Shown here piece after piece: positions 1 to 8,040 of a stretch of 28,174 nt of DNA. This DNA comes from a virus. Lineage: Duplodnaviria; Heunggongvirae; Uroviricota; Caudoviricetes. The notes below the pieces were generated by a model that saw nothing but the letters and a program-made list of their open reading frames with translations, was not told the origin of the DNA and ran no database searches. Position numbers and translations under genes: made by a program. Each line of letters starts with the position of its first letter. The stretch's first letter is position 1. Location of the stretch: positions 1 through 28,174 of the IMG/VR virus record IMGVR_UViG_2778261156_000003. The stretch is one strand, 5' to 3'.

Positions 1-231
1 TTTACTGTTGGAAACAAACCGACAGCAGTAACACCAAAGGAAACCATCACCCATCATTTCTTCGTTTCGGGAATTGGGCAGAAAAAAACTGTTGATGCAG
101 CCAAAATTTGTGGCGGCGCAGAAAATGTTGTTAAAACAGAAACCCAAGAAACATTCGTAAATGGATTACTCAGTTTTATCACTTTCGGCATTTATACTCC
201 GCTGGAAGCACGGGTATATTGCTCACAATAA
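1..231 (+). CDS. bor: Bor-like outer-membrane lipoprotein (Bor/Iss family), 3' fragment; 5' end outside window
   Basis: Frame 1 translates to ...TVGNKPTAVTPKETITHHFFVSGIGQKKTVDAAKICGGAENVVKTETQETFVNGLLSFITFGIYTPLEARVYCSQ with TAA at 229-231. This matches the C-terminus of lambda Bor as I recall it. It is on the strand opposite the lysis genes, as in lambda. Confidence 0.8.
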   Translation, partial: FTVGNKPTAVTPKETITHHFFVSGIGQKKTVDAAKICGGAENVVKTETQETFVNGLLSFITFGIYTPLEARVYCSQ

Positions 232-402
232 CTGCATGAGTTGCCCATCAAACGGGCAACTCTTTCTACTTTGTTCCTCCCCCCCGGAAACGGCGGAAGT
301 AAGAAATTATGTCATCGAATGATCACAAACATAGAATTTCATGCTTTCCGGACGCAAGTGACCCCTTCATTTTTCAGCAAAATATTCTGCTCTTACAGGC
401 GA

Positions 403-585
403 TCAGTTCTGCATACACTGCCGAACACCGTCGACAATTTCACAGACCTGAGAAGCCGTATCGAAAAGCTGGCGCGCTTTATCCAGGCTGACGCATCCCA
501 CCAAGAAAAAAGGCACCAGTATCGCTACCAGTGCCCATTTCGCCGCCGTTCGCGGCATTCTGTGTGTCCAGTGTTTTCGCGTCAT
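403..585 (-). CDS. Small putative lipoprotein (60 aa; signal peptide with lipobox LVGC), function unknown
   Basis: ORF-track translation contains MPRTAAKWALVAILVPFFLVGC followed by a short Cys-containing mature part. It sits in the Rz/Rz1 position between endolysin and bor, immediately after a 37-aa ORF (587-700) that has a GAGG RBS. Weak evidence. Confidence 0.3.
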   Translation of the reverse strand: MTRKHWTHRMPRTAAKWALVAILVPFFLVGCVSLDKARQLFDTASQVCEIVDGVRQCMQN

Positions 586-791
586 ATCACCACCAACGCA
601 CAGCCCAAATCAGAACAGCGACCGCCACAAGGCGAATTGCAAAGGCCGCAGCCCTTGTCAAATCAAGGCTCGCGGGAGTTTCCACTTCAATACCTTTCAT
701 AATGGACAACCTCAAAAAGAATCTTTTATACTTTCCCACGAGGATTTTCTCCGTACTCACTACTCACAATTTCCTCTTTGACGTGAAAACT

Positions 792-827
792 AAAAACCCC
801 GGACTGTTCCAGCAGCCGGGGTTTTTG
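792..827. terminator. Bidirectional rho-independent terminator-like hairpin downstream of the endolysin gene
   Basis: CCCCGG (797-802) pairs with CCGGGG (816-821) around a 13-nt loop, flanked by AAAAA (792-796) and TTTTT (822-826), so either strand sees a stem followed by a U-tract. Confidence 0.5.
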
Positions 828-919
828 CTATCTGATGCTGTACCCCTTACTTTCGCTCATCGTAACCCCAGAAAAGAGCCTGCGTGAGTTGAGGGTGTTC
901 AGCACTTCAGCGTCAGTTT

Positions 920-1465
920 TTAAACTGCTACGCGCTCTTTCATCCAGCCGTAGACAAACGACTCGTTGGCCTCGCGTTTTTCTGCCAGCTCCAGATAGCG
1001 GTCGCCCTGCGTGCAATTCAGCGCCTTCAGCATCACCAGTTCGCCGTCTTTGCCGCGTTTTTGCAGATAAGTCCGTAGTGCATTAATCGTGCGGGGGCCG
1101 ATACGCCCGTCTGCGTCCATATCCGGGAACAATTTGCCTTGCAGGTTGAAAACGTTCAGCCAGCGTTGGAGCATTTTCGATGCTACGGACGGCCCCATAT
1201 TCACACCGGTATCACACAACTCTGCAGCAATATCAGAGGATAATGCGGCCACCTGATCAAAGCGTGGTCCGAACCAGTAATCCGCCTCAAGGATTTCCAG
1301 TGCCTGTTCGCGTGTCAGGTCACGCATATCGCCCTGATATCCGTGAGCGCGGGCGACTTTTTCCGTAATACCCCATTTTGTCGGTCCGCCTTTATCATCC
1401 GGGTGATTGACGTAACCGCCCTCTTTTCCCAGTACTTCGTCAAAAATTTCATCTTTCGACTTCAT
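920..1465 (-). CDS. Phage endolysin, GH108 lysozyme-like N-domain with C-terminal peptidoglycan-binding domain
   Basis: Translation MKSKDEIFDEVLGKEGGYVNHPDDKGGPTKWGIT... is typical of GH108 phage lysozymes. ATG at 1465-1463 is coupled to the upstream stop (TGATATG). It is the last gene of a holin-membrane protein-endolysin cassette. Confidence 0.85.
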   Translation of the reverse strand: MKSKDEIFDEVLGKEGGYVNHPDDKGGPTKWGITEKVARAHGYQGDMRDLTREQALEILEADYWFGPRFDQVAALSSDIAAELCDTGVNMGPSVASKMLQRWLNVFNLQGKLFPDMDADGRIGPRTINALRTYLQKRGKDGELVMLKALNCTQGDRYLELAEKREANESFVYGWMKERVAV

Positions 1466-1466
1466 A

Positions 1467-1745
1467 TCAGCGTCTTCGTAATACAAAGATTTTTGAAACG
1501 TTCCCGCGTGCGCGAATCACCAACACGCAGAACAGCAGATTAAGCCCCACCGCCAGCCAGTTCGCCGCTAACGGGCGACCGCACAGATAACTGAGTGGTG
1601 CAAAGGCATAAAGCAGCATCAGCAGCCAGGCCAGCCATGACATCAGCGGTTTATGTCTGGAATCACGGCGACGATAAAAAAAGAGCGTCAGCACGATAAC
1701 CGTGCATAACGCCACATTCAGCAATCCGGGAAGGTTACTTAACAT
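1467..1745 (-). CDS. Small hydrophobic membrane protein in lysis cassette (putative second holin or antiholin)
   Basis: 92-aa product MLSNLPGLLNVALCTVIVLTLFFYRRR...LMSWLAWLLMLLYAFAPLSYL... with 2-3 predicted TM segments. Strong RBS GGAGGAGG precedes ATG 1745-1743. Overlaps the holin stop. Confidence 0.55.
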   Translation of the reverse strand: MLSNLPGLLNVALCTVIVLTLFFYRRRDSRHKPLMSWLAWLLMLLYAFAPLSYLCGRPLAANWLAVGLNLLFCVLVIRARGNVSKIFVLRRR

Positions 1746-2127
1746 TGCCGCCTCCTCCACCCCGCAGGCGGGAGAACAGACCGGATACCAGTGATGCAAT
1801 ATCCTGCTGGTGGATAAACGAGAGAATCTTCACCGACACCACTGACACCAGTACTGCACACAATGCGTCGACAGGTGCACCGTCAAACTCTGTATGCTTT
1901 ACCAGCCAGGATGCCAGAACTTCTGCCCCCAGCACACCAACAATGAACGACACCAGAAAATGTGCCGCCACACGCCAGGCTGAAAGCGCCTGCGGCATCG
2001 TTGCCACAAATAACGCCCCGGCAAACGCACCAAACACAATCCCGAAATCCGTTCCGGTAAACAGCCCGTACACCGTCGCCCCGCCGAGCGCCGCAGCCGT
2101 GCCGGAACCGGATAAGGGTTCAGACAT
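1735..2127 (-). CDS. Phage holin-like membrane protein
   Basis: 130-aa product MSEPLSGSGTAAALGGATVYGLFTGTDFGIVFGAFAGALFVATM... with several hydrophobic helices. RBS GGAGA precedes ATG 2127-2125. It is the first gene of the lysis cassette. Confidence 0.65.
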   Translation of the reverse strand: MSEPLSGSGTAAALGGATVYGLFTGTDFGIVFGAFAGALFVATMPQALSAWRVAAHFLVSFIVGVLGAEVLASWLVKHTEFDGAPVDALCAVLVSVVSVKILSFIHQQDIASLVSGLFSRLRGGGGGNVK

Positions 2128-2488
2128 ACTTTTTCTCCTGTAAATAAAAAAGGGCCACCAGCGGCCCGTAAAAAACACCCCGTGAAAGGCACCCGCAGAT
2201 ACCTTTTATGTGGTGTTATCTGATGTGATATGCGCCTGACGTGGCTCGGAGAAAATGAAATAAAGCTTATCTGAAATTAAGGTTAATCCGGGGGTTTAAA
2301 CCATTTTTAAAGCTTAGTAATATCAAATCGTCTCTTGGAGGAGACTGATGCTTATTCTTCTTCACGGACTTTGTCCCGCGGCGTTAATCCGACAGCCGCG
2401 CTTTTTTTGCGCTCAGTTCATTATTGGCTTTCATGGCCTTGCCACACGGGTAATATCAATGCCCGTGTATTCTTTTCTGAGTTCAGAA

Positions 2489-2514
2489 TAAAAAAAACCG
2501 CCCGGAACGGCGGT
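2489..2514 (-). terminator. Rho-independent terminator (minus strand) between the phage tRNA genes and the lysis cassette
   Basis: Stem ACCGCC (2497-2502) / GGCGGT (2509-2514) with a 6-nt loop. On the minus strand it is followed by eight U (plus-strand A-run 2490-2497). Confidence 0.5.
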
Positions 2515-2874
2515 TGAAAAATGCCAGAGATGAATCATTTTTGTAGTAGAAAAACAGAGGTGTCGGGTGCCCCCCCGAAGTATCCATCTCTCCATGAATA
2601 CTGTGGTTTCCCGCTAAACAGTTACATAAACCACCCTCGCACTGAGGAACACCTCTGTAGTGTTATTTACAACACCGGGATAGTGCATCATCGGCCCCTG
2701 TCAGGAAACGCTCAATTTCCACCGACAATGCACCATTCCGGTGGTGTAAAAAACAGCACTGTGGCTATAACCGACCTCAAATCACAGCCAGAAAACAGAA
2801 TGCCTTTTAAAAACAACCTGCTCCCACGCAATAAAAAATACGCCAGTGCAACGATACAATAAGGCTTGTTTCTC

Positions 2875-2949
<75 letters not shown>

Positions 2950-2952
2950 ATA

Positions 2953-3028
<76 letters not shown>

Positions 3029-3196
3029 ACAGGTTCCTCAAGAGAAATAAAAATGACCGCGCTTACATCCCCTTCGGAACCGGGTACCGATATTAATAAT
3101 GCCAGCTCTCTTTTCAATGGAAAATCATATCAAGATTTGTAAATATACGTATATATTTTTATTTTTTATGAAATAAAGAAATTATTAAATGCATAT

Positions 3197-4243
3197 TTAA
3201 CGATTATTTTTTATTTCAGTTACAGTCTGATTAAATCTCTCTTCTTCCAGTTCCACGCCAATTGCACGACGTCCCAGTGAAAGTGCTGCTTTTATTGTTG
3301 AGCCAGACCCCATAAAAAAATCAGCGACCAAATCACCGGGGCGACTGCTGGCAGTAATTATCTGACGCAACATATCTGCCGGTTTTTCACAGGGATGTTT
3401 GCCTGGATAATACTGCACAGGCTTGTGCGTCCAGACATCCGTATACGGAACAGCAGCTGATACGGAAAAATAACGCCGCAGGGATTTATACTCCTCCTGC
3501 AGGCTGACATATTGCCGGTTCAGTTCACTGTATGTGCTGACCAGCTGGTGGTGTGGCTTTTCCAGCTCCCCTCGCTGATGTTTTTCTGCCGCAACACGCG
3601 CAAACAACGCCTGCAATTTGTTGTAATCACCCTCGTTCGGTAACTGCCACTGACTGGTACCAAACCAGTGCGAAGCCATGTTTTTCTTTCCGGTGGCTTC
3701 CGCTATCTGTTTTGACGTTATTCCCAGTGATTCACGCGCATCACGAAAGTAAGAAATCAGCGGAGCCATGACGTGCTGTTTTAGCTCGCGCCCCTTTGCC
3801 GCATAGCCGTCATTTTTGGGCTGATATGGTCCCTGATAATGTTCTGCAAACAGAATGCGTTCTGTTGCCGGGAAATACGCCCGCAGGCTTTCCTTGTTGC
3901 ATCCGTTCCAGCGTCCGGACGGCTTCGCCCAGATAATGTGATTCAGCACATTAAAGCGTTCACGCATCATGATTTCGGTGTCAGATGCCAGACGATGACC
4001 ACAGAACAGGTAGAGACTTCCGGCAGGTTTCAGTACCCGCCAGAATTGCGCCAGACACTGATCCAGCCATTTCAGGTAATCATCGCCGCCCTTCCACTGG
4101 TTATCCCAGCCCTCGGGCTTCACTTTAAAGTATGGCGGGTCTGTGACTATCAGATCGACAGAGTTTTCCGGTAAGGTCTGGATAAATTCCAGGCAATCAG
4201 CGTTGATTAACTCGCAACTGGATATTTTTACAGTATTAGCCAT
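3197..4243 (-). CDS. DNA methyltransferase (N6-adenine or N4-cytosine, beta-class; motif IV DPPY near N-terminus, motif I FxGSGST near C-terminus), orphan
   Basis: Translation contains LIVTDPPYF (catalytic motif IV) and DFFMGSGSTIKAA (AdoMet-binding motif I) in beta-class order. No adjacent restriction endonuclease gene. Confidence 0.85.
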   Translation of the reverse strand: MANTVKISSCELINADCLEFIQTLPENSVDLIVTDPPYFKVKPEGWDNQWKGGDDYLKWLDQCLAQFWRVLKPAGSLYLFCGHRLASDTEIMMRERFNVLNHIIWAKPSGRWNGCNKESLRAYFPATERILFAEHYQGPYQPKNDGYAAKGRELKQHVMAPLISYFRDARESLGITSKQIAEATGKKNMASHWFGTSQWQLPNEGDYNKLQALFARVAAEKHQRGELEKPHHQLVSTYSELNRQYVSLQEEYKSLRRYFSVSAAVPYTDVWTHKPVQYYPGKHPCEKPADMLRQIITASSRPGDLVADFFMGSGSTIKAALSLGRRAIGVELEEERFNQTVTEIKNNR

Positions 4244-4384
4244 AGATCAATAAGCACTTCTCTGATAGGCTCATACCGCTTTTGCGCAAAGCAGATGGGC
4301 CTGAGGTTTGCTTGTGACCCCAACGCATGAGCAGATGGCTGGCAGGTGCCGCTAACACCCACCAGCCGCCCATTACCACAAATT

Positions 4385-4406
4385 AAAAAACCTTCACTGC
4401 GGAAGG
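4385..4406 (-). terminator. Rho-independent terminator-like hairpin (minus strand) overlapping the 3' end of the small ORF
   Basis: CCTTC (4391-4395) / GAAGG (4402-4406) with loop ACTGCG. On the minus strand it is followed by a U-run (plus-strand A-run 4385-4390). Confidence 0.4.
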
Positions 4407-4591
4407 CGTCTGTAACAACCGAACTGATAATCTGCCAGACCCGCCATAACAAGCTGGGTCAGTATTAACTGGCAACGTTCGCGTGAAAGGTAAGTATTCT
4501 GCGCAATTTCCCCGACGGTCGCCGGTTCGGTGACGCTTAATTCATTAAACACCACTCTGGCAGTTTCGGTCATATCCTGCTGTTTTAGCAT
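4394..4591 (-). CDS. Hypothetical small protein (65 aa), possible winged-helix DNA-binding protein
   Basis: ATG at 4591-4589 preceded by AAGGGA RBS. Product MLKQQDMTETARVVFNELSVTEPATVGEIAQNTYLSRERCQLILTQLVMAG... The longer upstream extension in the ORF track has no RBS. Confidence 0.45.
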   Translation of the reverse strand: MLKQQDMTETARVVFNELSVTEPATVGEIAQNTYLSRERCQLILTQLVMAGLADYQFGCYRRLPQ

Positions 4592-4713
4592 GTCTTTTTC
4601 CCTTTTCTGGTTAACGTGACATACCAATAACTCTTGTCGAAACAGCCAGCAAGCTGAAAGACCAGTATTCGCAACCACCAGCGCGTTTAACGTACTTCGC
4701 CGATTTTCGGGCA

Positions 4714-4736
4714 CAAAAAAACCGCTCATCGGCGGG
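4714..4736 (-). terminator. Putative tR'-like terminator of a short late-promoter transcript (minus strand)
   Basis: Minus strand reads CCGC-CGATGA-GCGG followed by TTTTTTT. It lies about 40-60 nt downstream of a -10-like element (TATTAT) on the same strand, as expected for a Q-dependent PR'/tR' unit. Promoter assignment is inferred. Confidence 0.4.
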
Positions 4737-4846
4737 TTTAAGCTGTGTGGCGTAGTAACCACTCTTAACACGATATAATAATTTTTGCGTACGCGTTAGC
4801 GTTTTTGTATATTCAGCCTAATCCTATGTATTTATGGAAAAATAAG

Positions 4847-5971
4847 ATGAGCAAGCGTGAAATCAAAACTAAAAAAATAATCTATAAAGAAGTCATAATG
4901 TCAGGTGTGTCAAAGACGCTCCAGTCGATACTAATGGAGCTGCTCAAAAAACACACTAAAGCAGATTCTCGCAAGGAAATGGTCAACCCTGGCGAGGAAG
5001 ACTTATTCCGACTAATTAATAAACATGAAGAGTTCCAAGGAATGTTGTTTTGCCAGCTTGTTGCCTTCGAACCAGGCCATTCTCAACGCTATATACAACT
5101 TAAAAATGATGCTGAATCTTATGAAATAAGATCCGTAACATCAGATGAACTTTCTAAAATGACTGTTGAAGAAGCTGAAGAAGCACGCACAGAGAGGGAA
5201 CAGGTTGTGCGTGAGTTTATAGATTCAATTCTTTATTTCGGTATATTTGGTAACAGCATCGTAGTAATGCAATCCAGATCTCTTACAACAAGAGAACTTG
5301 AAACACATCTGAAATGGTTACTTGGCTCTTTAAGCAATTACTTAGGCGCAGAAAACATCTTAAAAGTTTCCGATAAACCCAAAGAAGAGATCATTGAGGA
5401 AGTTCTAAAACGACCTGTAAAATCAGTCTCTATAGGCGCACCTGTAACTGCCGTTAACGAATTGAGACAAGGAAGCAAAAGCCCAAGCTGGGTTCCCGCA
5501 GGAACTGCCTCTGAACTCCTTAAAGCTATGTTAGCAGAGAAATGGGAAAGTTTCTTACGTAGTAGCAAGCTTGAAGATTGTCTTGATGACGCTAATCTTG
5601 AAGTAACACTGAAAATCACATACAAGAGGAAAACTTCTGATTCAGGAGATGAGGATTTATCTCGCAATGAACAAAGAAGGTTAACAAGTCTTATTAAAGA
5701 AAAAAGCCGGGCTACATTATTCATGCTTACGCTACAAATTTCGATAATAATTTTTGTGGCATTGATTAGCCTTGGCAATGAGTCCTCTTTTGTTCAACAG
5801 CACATTCATACTATAAGTGAATTCGTTGTTTGTGCTTTGGTTTTTTCACTATACTCATTAATTCCTGTTTTACTAGGGGTAAAGGAAGTCATTGATTTTG
5901 AAGGATTAATAAAAACACGAAAAACATTAAACAAGCGTAAAAAATCTGCATTATCCAAGCTTGGGAAGTAA
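4847..5971 (+). CDS. AT-rich moron: 374-aa protein with acidic soluble N-terminal domain and C-terminal two-helix membrane hairpin; function unknown (candidate abortive-infection or superinfection-exclusion effector)
   Basis: ATG at 4847 (MSKREIKTKK...) with a -10-like GATATAAT at 4772-4779 upstream. Codon usage is visibly AT-rich compared with flanking phage genes. Two hydrophobic helices (ATLFMLTLQISIIIFVALISLG and ISEFVVCALVFSLYSLIPVLLGV) are followed by a basic tail KTRKTLNKRKKSALSKLGK. It is on the strand opposite all neighbouring phage genes. Confidence 0.75.
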   Translation: MSKREIKTKKIIYKEVIMSGVSKTLQSILMELLKKHTKADSRKEMVNPGEEDLFRLINKHEEFQGMLFCQLVAFEPGHSQRYIQLKNDAESYEIRSVTSDELSKMTVEEAEEARTEREQVVREFIDSILYFGIFGNSIVVMQSRSLTTRELETHLKWLLGSLSNYLGAENILKVSDKPKEEIIEEVLKRPVKSVSIGAPVTAVNELRQGSKSPSWVPAGTASELLKAMLAEKWESFLRSSKLEDCLDDANLEVTLKITYKRKTSDSGDEDLSRNEQRRLTSLIKEKSRATLFMLTLQISIIIFVALISLGNESSFVQQHIHTISEFVVCALVFSLYSLIPVLLGVKEVIDFEGLIKTRKTLNKRKKSALSKLGK

Positions 5972-5992
5972 TCCAAGCTTGGGTTCGCACTC

Positions 5993-6325
5993 TTAAATCA
6001 TTCTCAAAACACCATCAATAAAACCTAAAGCAGTTTGCAATTCCTTTCTGATCGTACCGTCCGAGCATTTTCGCTTCTTTGCAATTGTACGGAGTGAAAT
6101 CCCGATAACAAAATGTGCGATTATCAGTTCATATTCTTCAGGCCTATATTTACGTAACCGAGCCACACAGCCGTCTATCATAATGCCTTCATCATCATCG
6201 CATTGGAGTCGTGACTTTTTACCATGTGGCAAAAGCCCCTTGAAGCCCGCTGCTATCGGTTGCCAATCGACACCACTATTTTCTGCTGCAGCCCATGCCC
6301 CCCAGCGGTCTAAAACCTCATACAT
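5993..6325 (-). CDS. Late-gene antitermination protein Q (QuuD-like small Q family)
   Basis: Product MYEVLDRWGAWAAAENSGVDWQPIAAGFKGLLP...CDDDEGIMIDGCVARL... resembles small lambdoid Q proteins. ATG 6325-6323 is coupled to the rusA stop (TGATATG). Confidence 0.8.
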   Translation of the reverse strand: MYEVLDRWGAWAAAENSGVDWQPIAAGFKGLLPHGKKSRLQCDDDEGIMIDGCVARLRKYRPEEYELIIAHFVIGISLRTIAKKRKCSDGTIRKELQTALGFIDGVLRMI

Positions 6326-6326
6326 A

Positions 6327-6698
6327 TCACGCCCCATTACTATCACCTCTAATTTCGCAAATCTTCACGCCCAGCCGACCACCAGGAACGAGCTTACCGC
6401 GCACAATATTGATTTCATCAAACTGCTCGTCGTCTATGAGAAGCCCCGCATGCGTCAGTGCATCCAGCGGTGCTTTCAGGATATTGTCCAGGTCCCGACG
6501 GCGCTTATCCGGCGGCTCTGCAGTAATTTTTATTGCCAGCCTTCCGGACAGGTTTAATTTCAGCCGCTGCTGGCGGACAATAAGTGCCACATCCCGGCGA
6601 TAACGCTCACCGGCTTTTGATACAAAATATGTGCTGCCACGACGACGCCAGTAGGTGTTCACCGTCGGCGGGTAAGGCAAAACAAACTCTATACGCAT
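6327..6698 (-). CDS. rusA: Holliday-junction resolvase RusA
   Basis: Product MRIEFVLPYPPTVNTYWRRRG...DKRRRDLDNILKAPLDALTHAGLLIDDEQ... carries RusA hallmark motifs. RBS AAGAGG precedes ATG 6698. Confidence 0.9.
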   Translation of the reverse strand: MRIEFVLPYPPTVNTYWRRRGSTYFVSKAGERYRRDVALIVRQQRLKLNLSGRLAIKITAEPPDKRRRDLDNILKAPLDALTHAGLLIDDEQFDEINIVRGKLVPGGRLGVKICEIRGDSNGA

Positions 6699-6710
6699 CA
6701 GTAACCTCTT

Positions 6711-7688
6711 TTACCCGAGCACGCCGGTTGCAAAGGCGCGATCAAGAAAACGAAAAATTAAATCAATCTGGGAACCATGCTTTTCTTCAAATGCCAGCGG
6801 ATCAGCATGAAGTTCGTTGTGATGCTCCCGGCACAACGGTAGCGTGAAAATATCGTGAGATTTTGTCCCCATTCCGCCCTGACCATGACCAATCAGGTGA
6901 TGGGGATCGTCGGCTGGCTTACCACAACACGCACACGGCTGTGTCTTCACCCAGCGTGTGTATTTCTCGTTAACCCAGCGGCGACGTTTAGGTCGTTTCA
7001 TGAAAGATTCCGGAGACTCCGGATCAACGGCAATGCTGACCACCGTCTTTTCCTGTGGCGGTTTTTGTTGCTGGTGGGCGTGAAGTGGTAGCACAATATT
7101 TTTTGTGCGCTGCTTCAGTATGCTGGTGGCAGTCTGCTCTCCCGGCATGATGTCGCTTTCGCGGTACACAGAGCGAATTTTTTCCGCACGCAACCCCAGA
7201 GAACGACGTAATACTGCCTCCGGAAGCGCGTCCGCTACCTGATTGCAGACCGACCACCAGGATAATTCAGCCAGCGATAATTCCCGTTCCTGCGTGCCAT
7301 TCATTGCATGGCGTATGACGTCAATCATCCATGCTGACAGGTTTTGATGAGCAAGTTGCCCGAGTGATTCGGATGTCTGGTCACGCAACTGGTTGTCGCA
7401 GTGCCAGCACAACACCATCGCGCCGGTACCGTAACGATGTATGACGATTTCACTGTGATGATAGTCACCATGAGGCCACTGGCAGGATTTGACATGACGC
7501 AACAGCCAGTCAGACAGTGCCCCAGCGCCGCCAGCAGCACGAATCACCCGCTCATCGCTGAAAAATGGCAGTAATGATTTATCCTCCGCCAGCGGCTGGC
7601 GAACGGCAGGGACGACTCCGGACGGCAGACCGCGCATGCTTTTCGGTTCAGGCTCCACCAGCACTCGAGGGTTATGAAATACTTGCAT
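6711..7688 (-). CDS. DUF968/YdfU-like lambdoid protein with C-terminal HNH-like zinc-binding motif
   Basis: C-terminus has CACCGKPADDPHHLIGHGQGGMGTKSHDIFTLPLCREHHNELH (HNH-like). Start chosen at internal ATG 7688 (MQVFHNPRVLVEPEP...) to avoid a 71-nt overlap with the upstream gene; the true start could be 7832. Confidence 0.7.
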   Translation of the reverse strand: MQVFHNPRVLVEPEPKSMRGLPSGVVPAVRQPLAEDKSLLPFFSDERVIRAAGGAGALSDWLLRHVKSCQWPHGDYHHSEIVIHRYGTGAMVLCWHCDNQLRDQTSESLGQLAHQNLSAWMIDVIRHAMNGTQERELSLAELSWWSVCNQVADALPEAVLRRSLGLRAEKIRSVYRESDIMPGEQTATSILKQRTKNIVLPLHAHQQQKPPQEKTVVSIAVDPESPESFMKRPKRRRWVNEKYTRWVKTQPCACCGKPADDPHHLIGHGQGGMGTKSHDIFTLPLCREHHNELHADPLAFEEKHGSQIDLIFRFLDRAFATGVLG

Positions 7689-7761
7689 GGATTCACGGCC
7701 CGGCCTAAGGACCACCAGCCCGAGTTCCGGTACCAGAACAGGTCGAAGTAATATCCGCACG

Positions 7762-8040
7762 TTACCTCCAGATCCGTTGCTGGTATGTGCGGGATGGGCG
7801 CGGTGGGCGTTCGGAATAAGGGAGCCTGACATAGATTATCCAGTGACGATAATCGAGGCTGAGGGCTTTCTTAATCTCGTATCCGCGTCTGCGATAGTTA
7901 TGAATTAGCCATTCGGCCTGTTCTTCAGTACATGGGTCATGCTGGAACCAGTCAGATTTGAAAGTGCGGGAACGCCGCCCGTGCCTGCTGGCAAAGACGG
8001 CAGAATCATCAGAATTGTGTAATTTGGTATCGTGCGCCAT
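7762..8040 (-). CDS. Hypothetical lambdoid nin-region protein (92 aa)
   Basis: ATG at 8040-8038 directly downstream of a minus-strand terminator. Product MAHDTKLHNSDDSAVFASRHGRRSRTFKSDWFQHDPCTEEQAEWLIHNYRRRGYEIKK... has no recognised family. Confidence 0.5.
   Translation of the reverse strand: MAHDTKLHNSDDSAVFASRHGRRSRTFKSDWFQHDPCTEEQAEWLIHNYRRRGYEIKKALSLDYRHWIIYVRLPYSERPPRPSRTYQQRIWR

Noticed and set aside
241-887. Plus-strand ORFs 241-702 (153 aa) and 531-887 (118 aa)
   Set aside because: No RBS; Arg/Pro/Ser-rich low-complexity products; they overlap the better-supported minus-strand small ORFs and the terminator hairpin.
1745-2143. 132-aa plus-strand ORF and overlapping 97-aa minus-strand ORF at 1899-2192
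   Set aside because: Antisense or alternative-frame shadows of the holin gene; low-complexity Pro/Arg/Cys-rich translations.
2530-2870. Possible third tRNA or sRNA in the gene-free stretch on the late strand
   Set aside because: No acceptor-stem/T-arm combination (GTTCGAATC-type) could be found by eye; left as unexplained spacer.
5338-5778. 146-aa minus-strand ORF
   Set aside because: Antisense to the AT-rich candidate gene, which has a better start context and coherent domain architecture.
7689-7832. N-terminal 48-codon extension of the DUF968 ORF
   Set aside because: It would overlap the upstream 92-aa gene by 71 nt and is Pro/Arg/Gly-rich; the internal ATG at 7688 is preferred, but the true start is uncertain.
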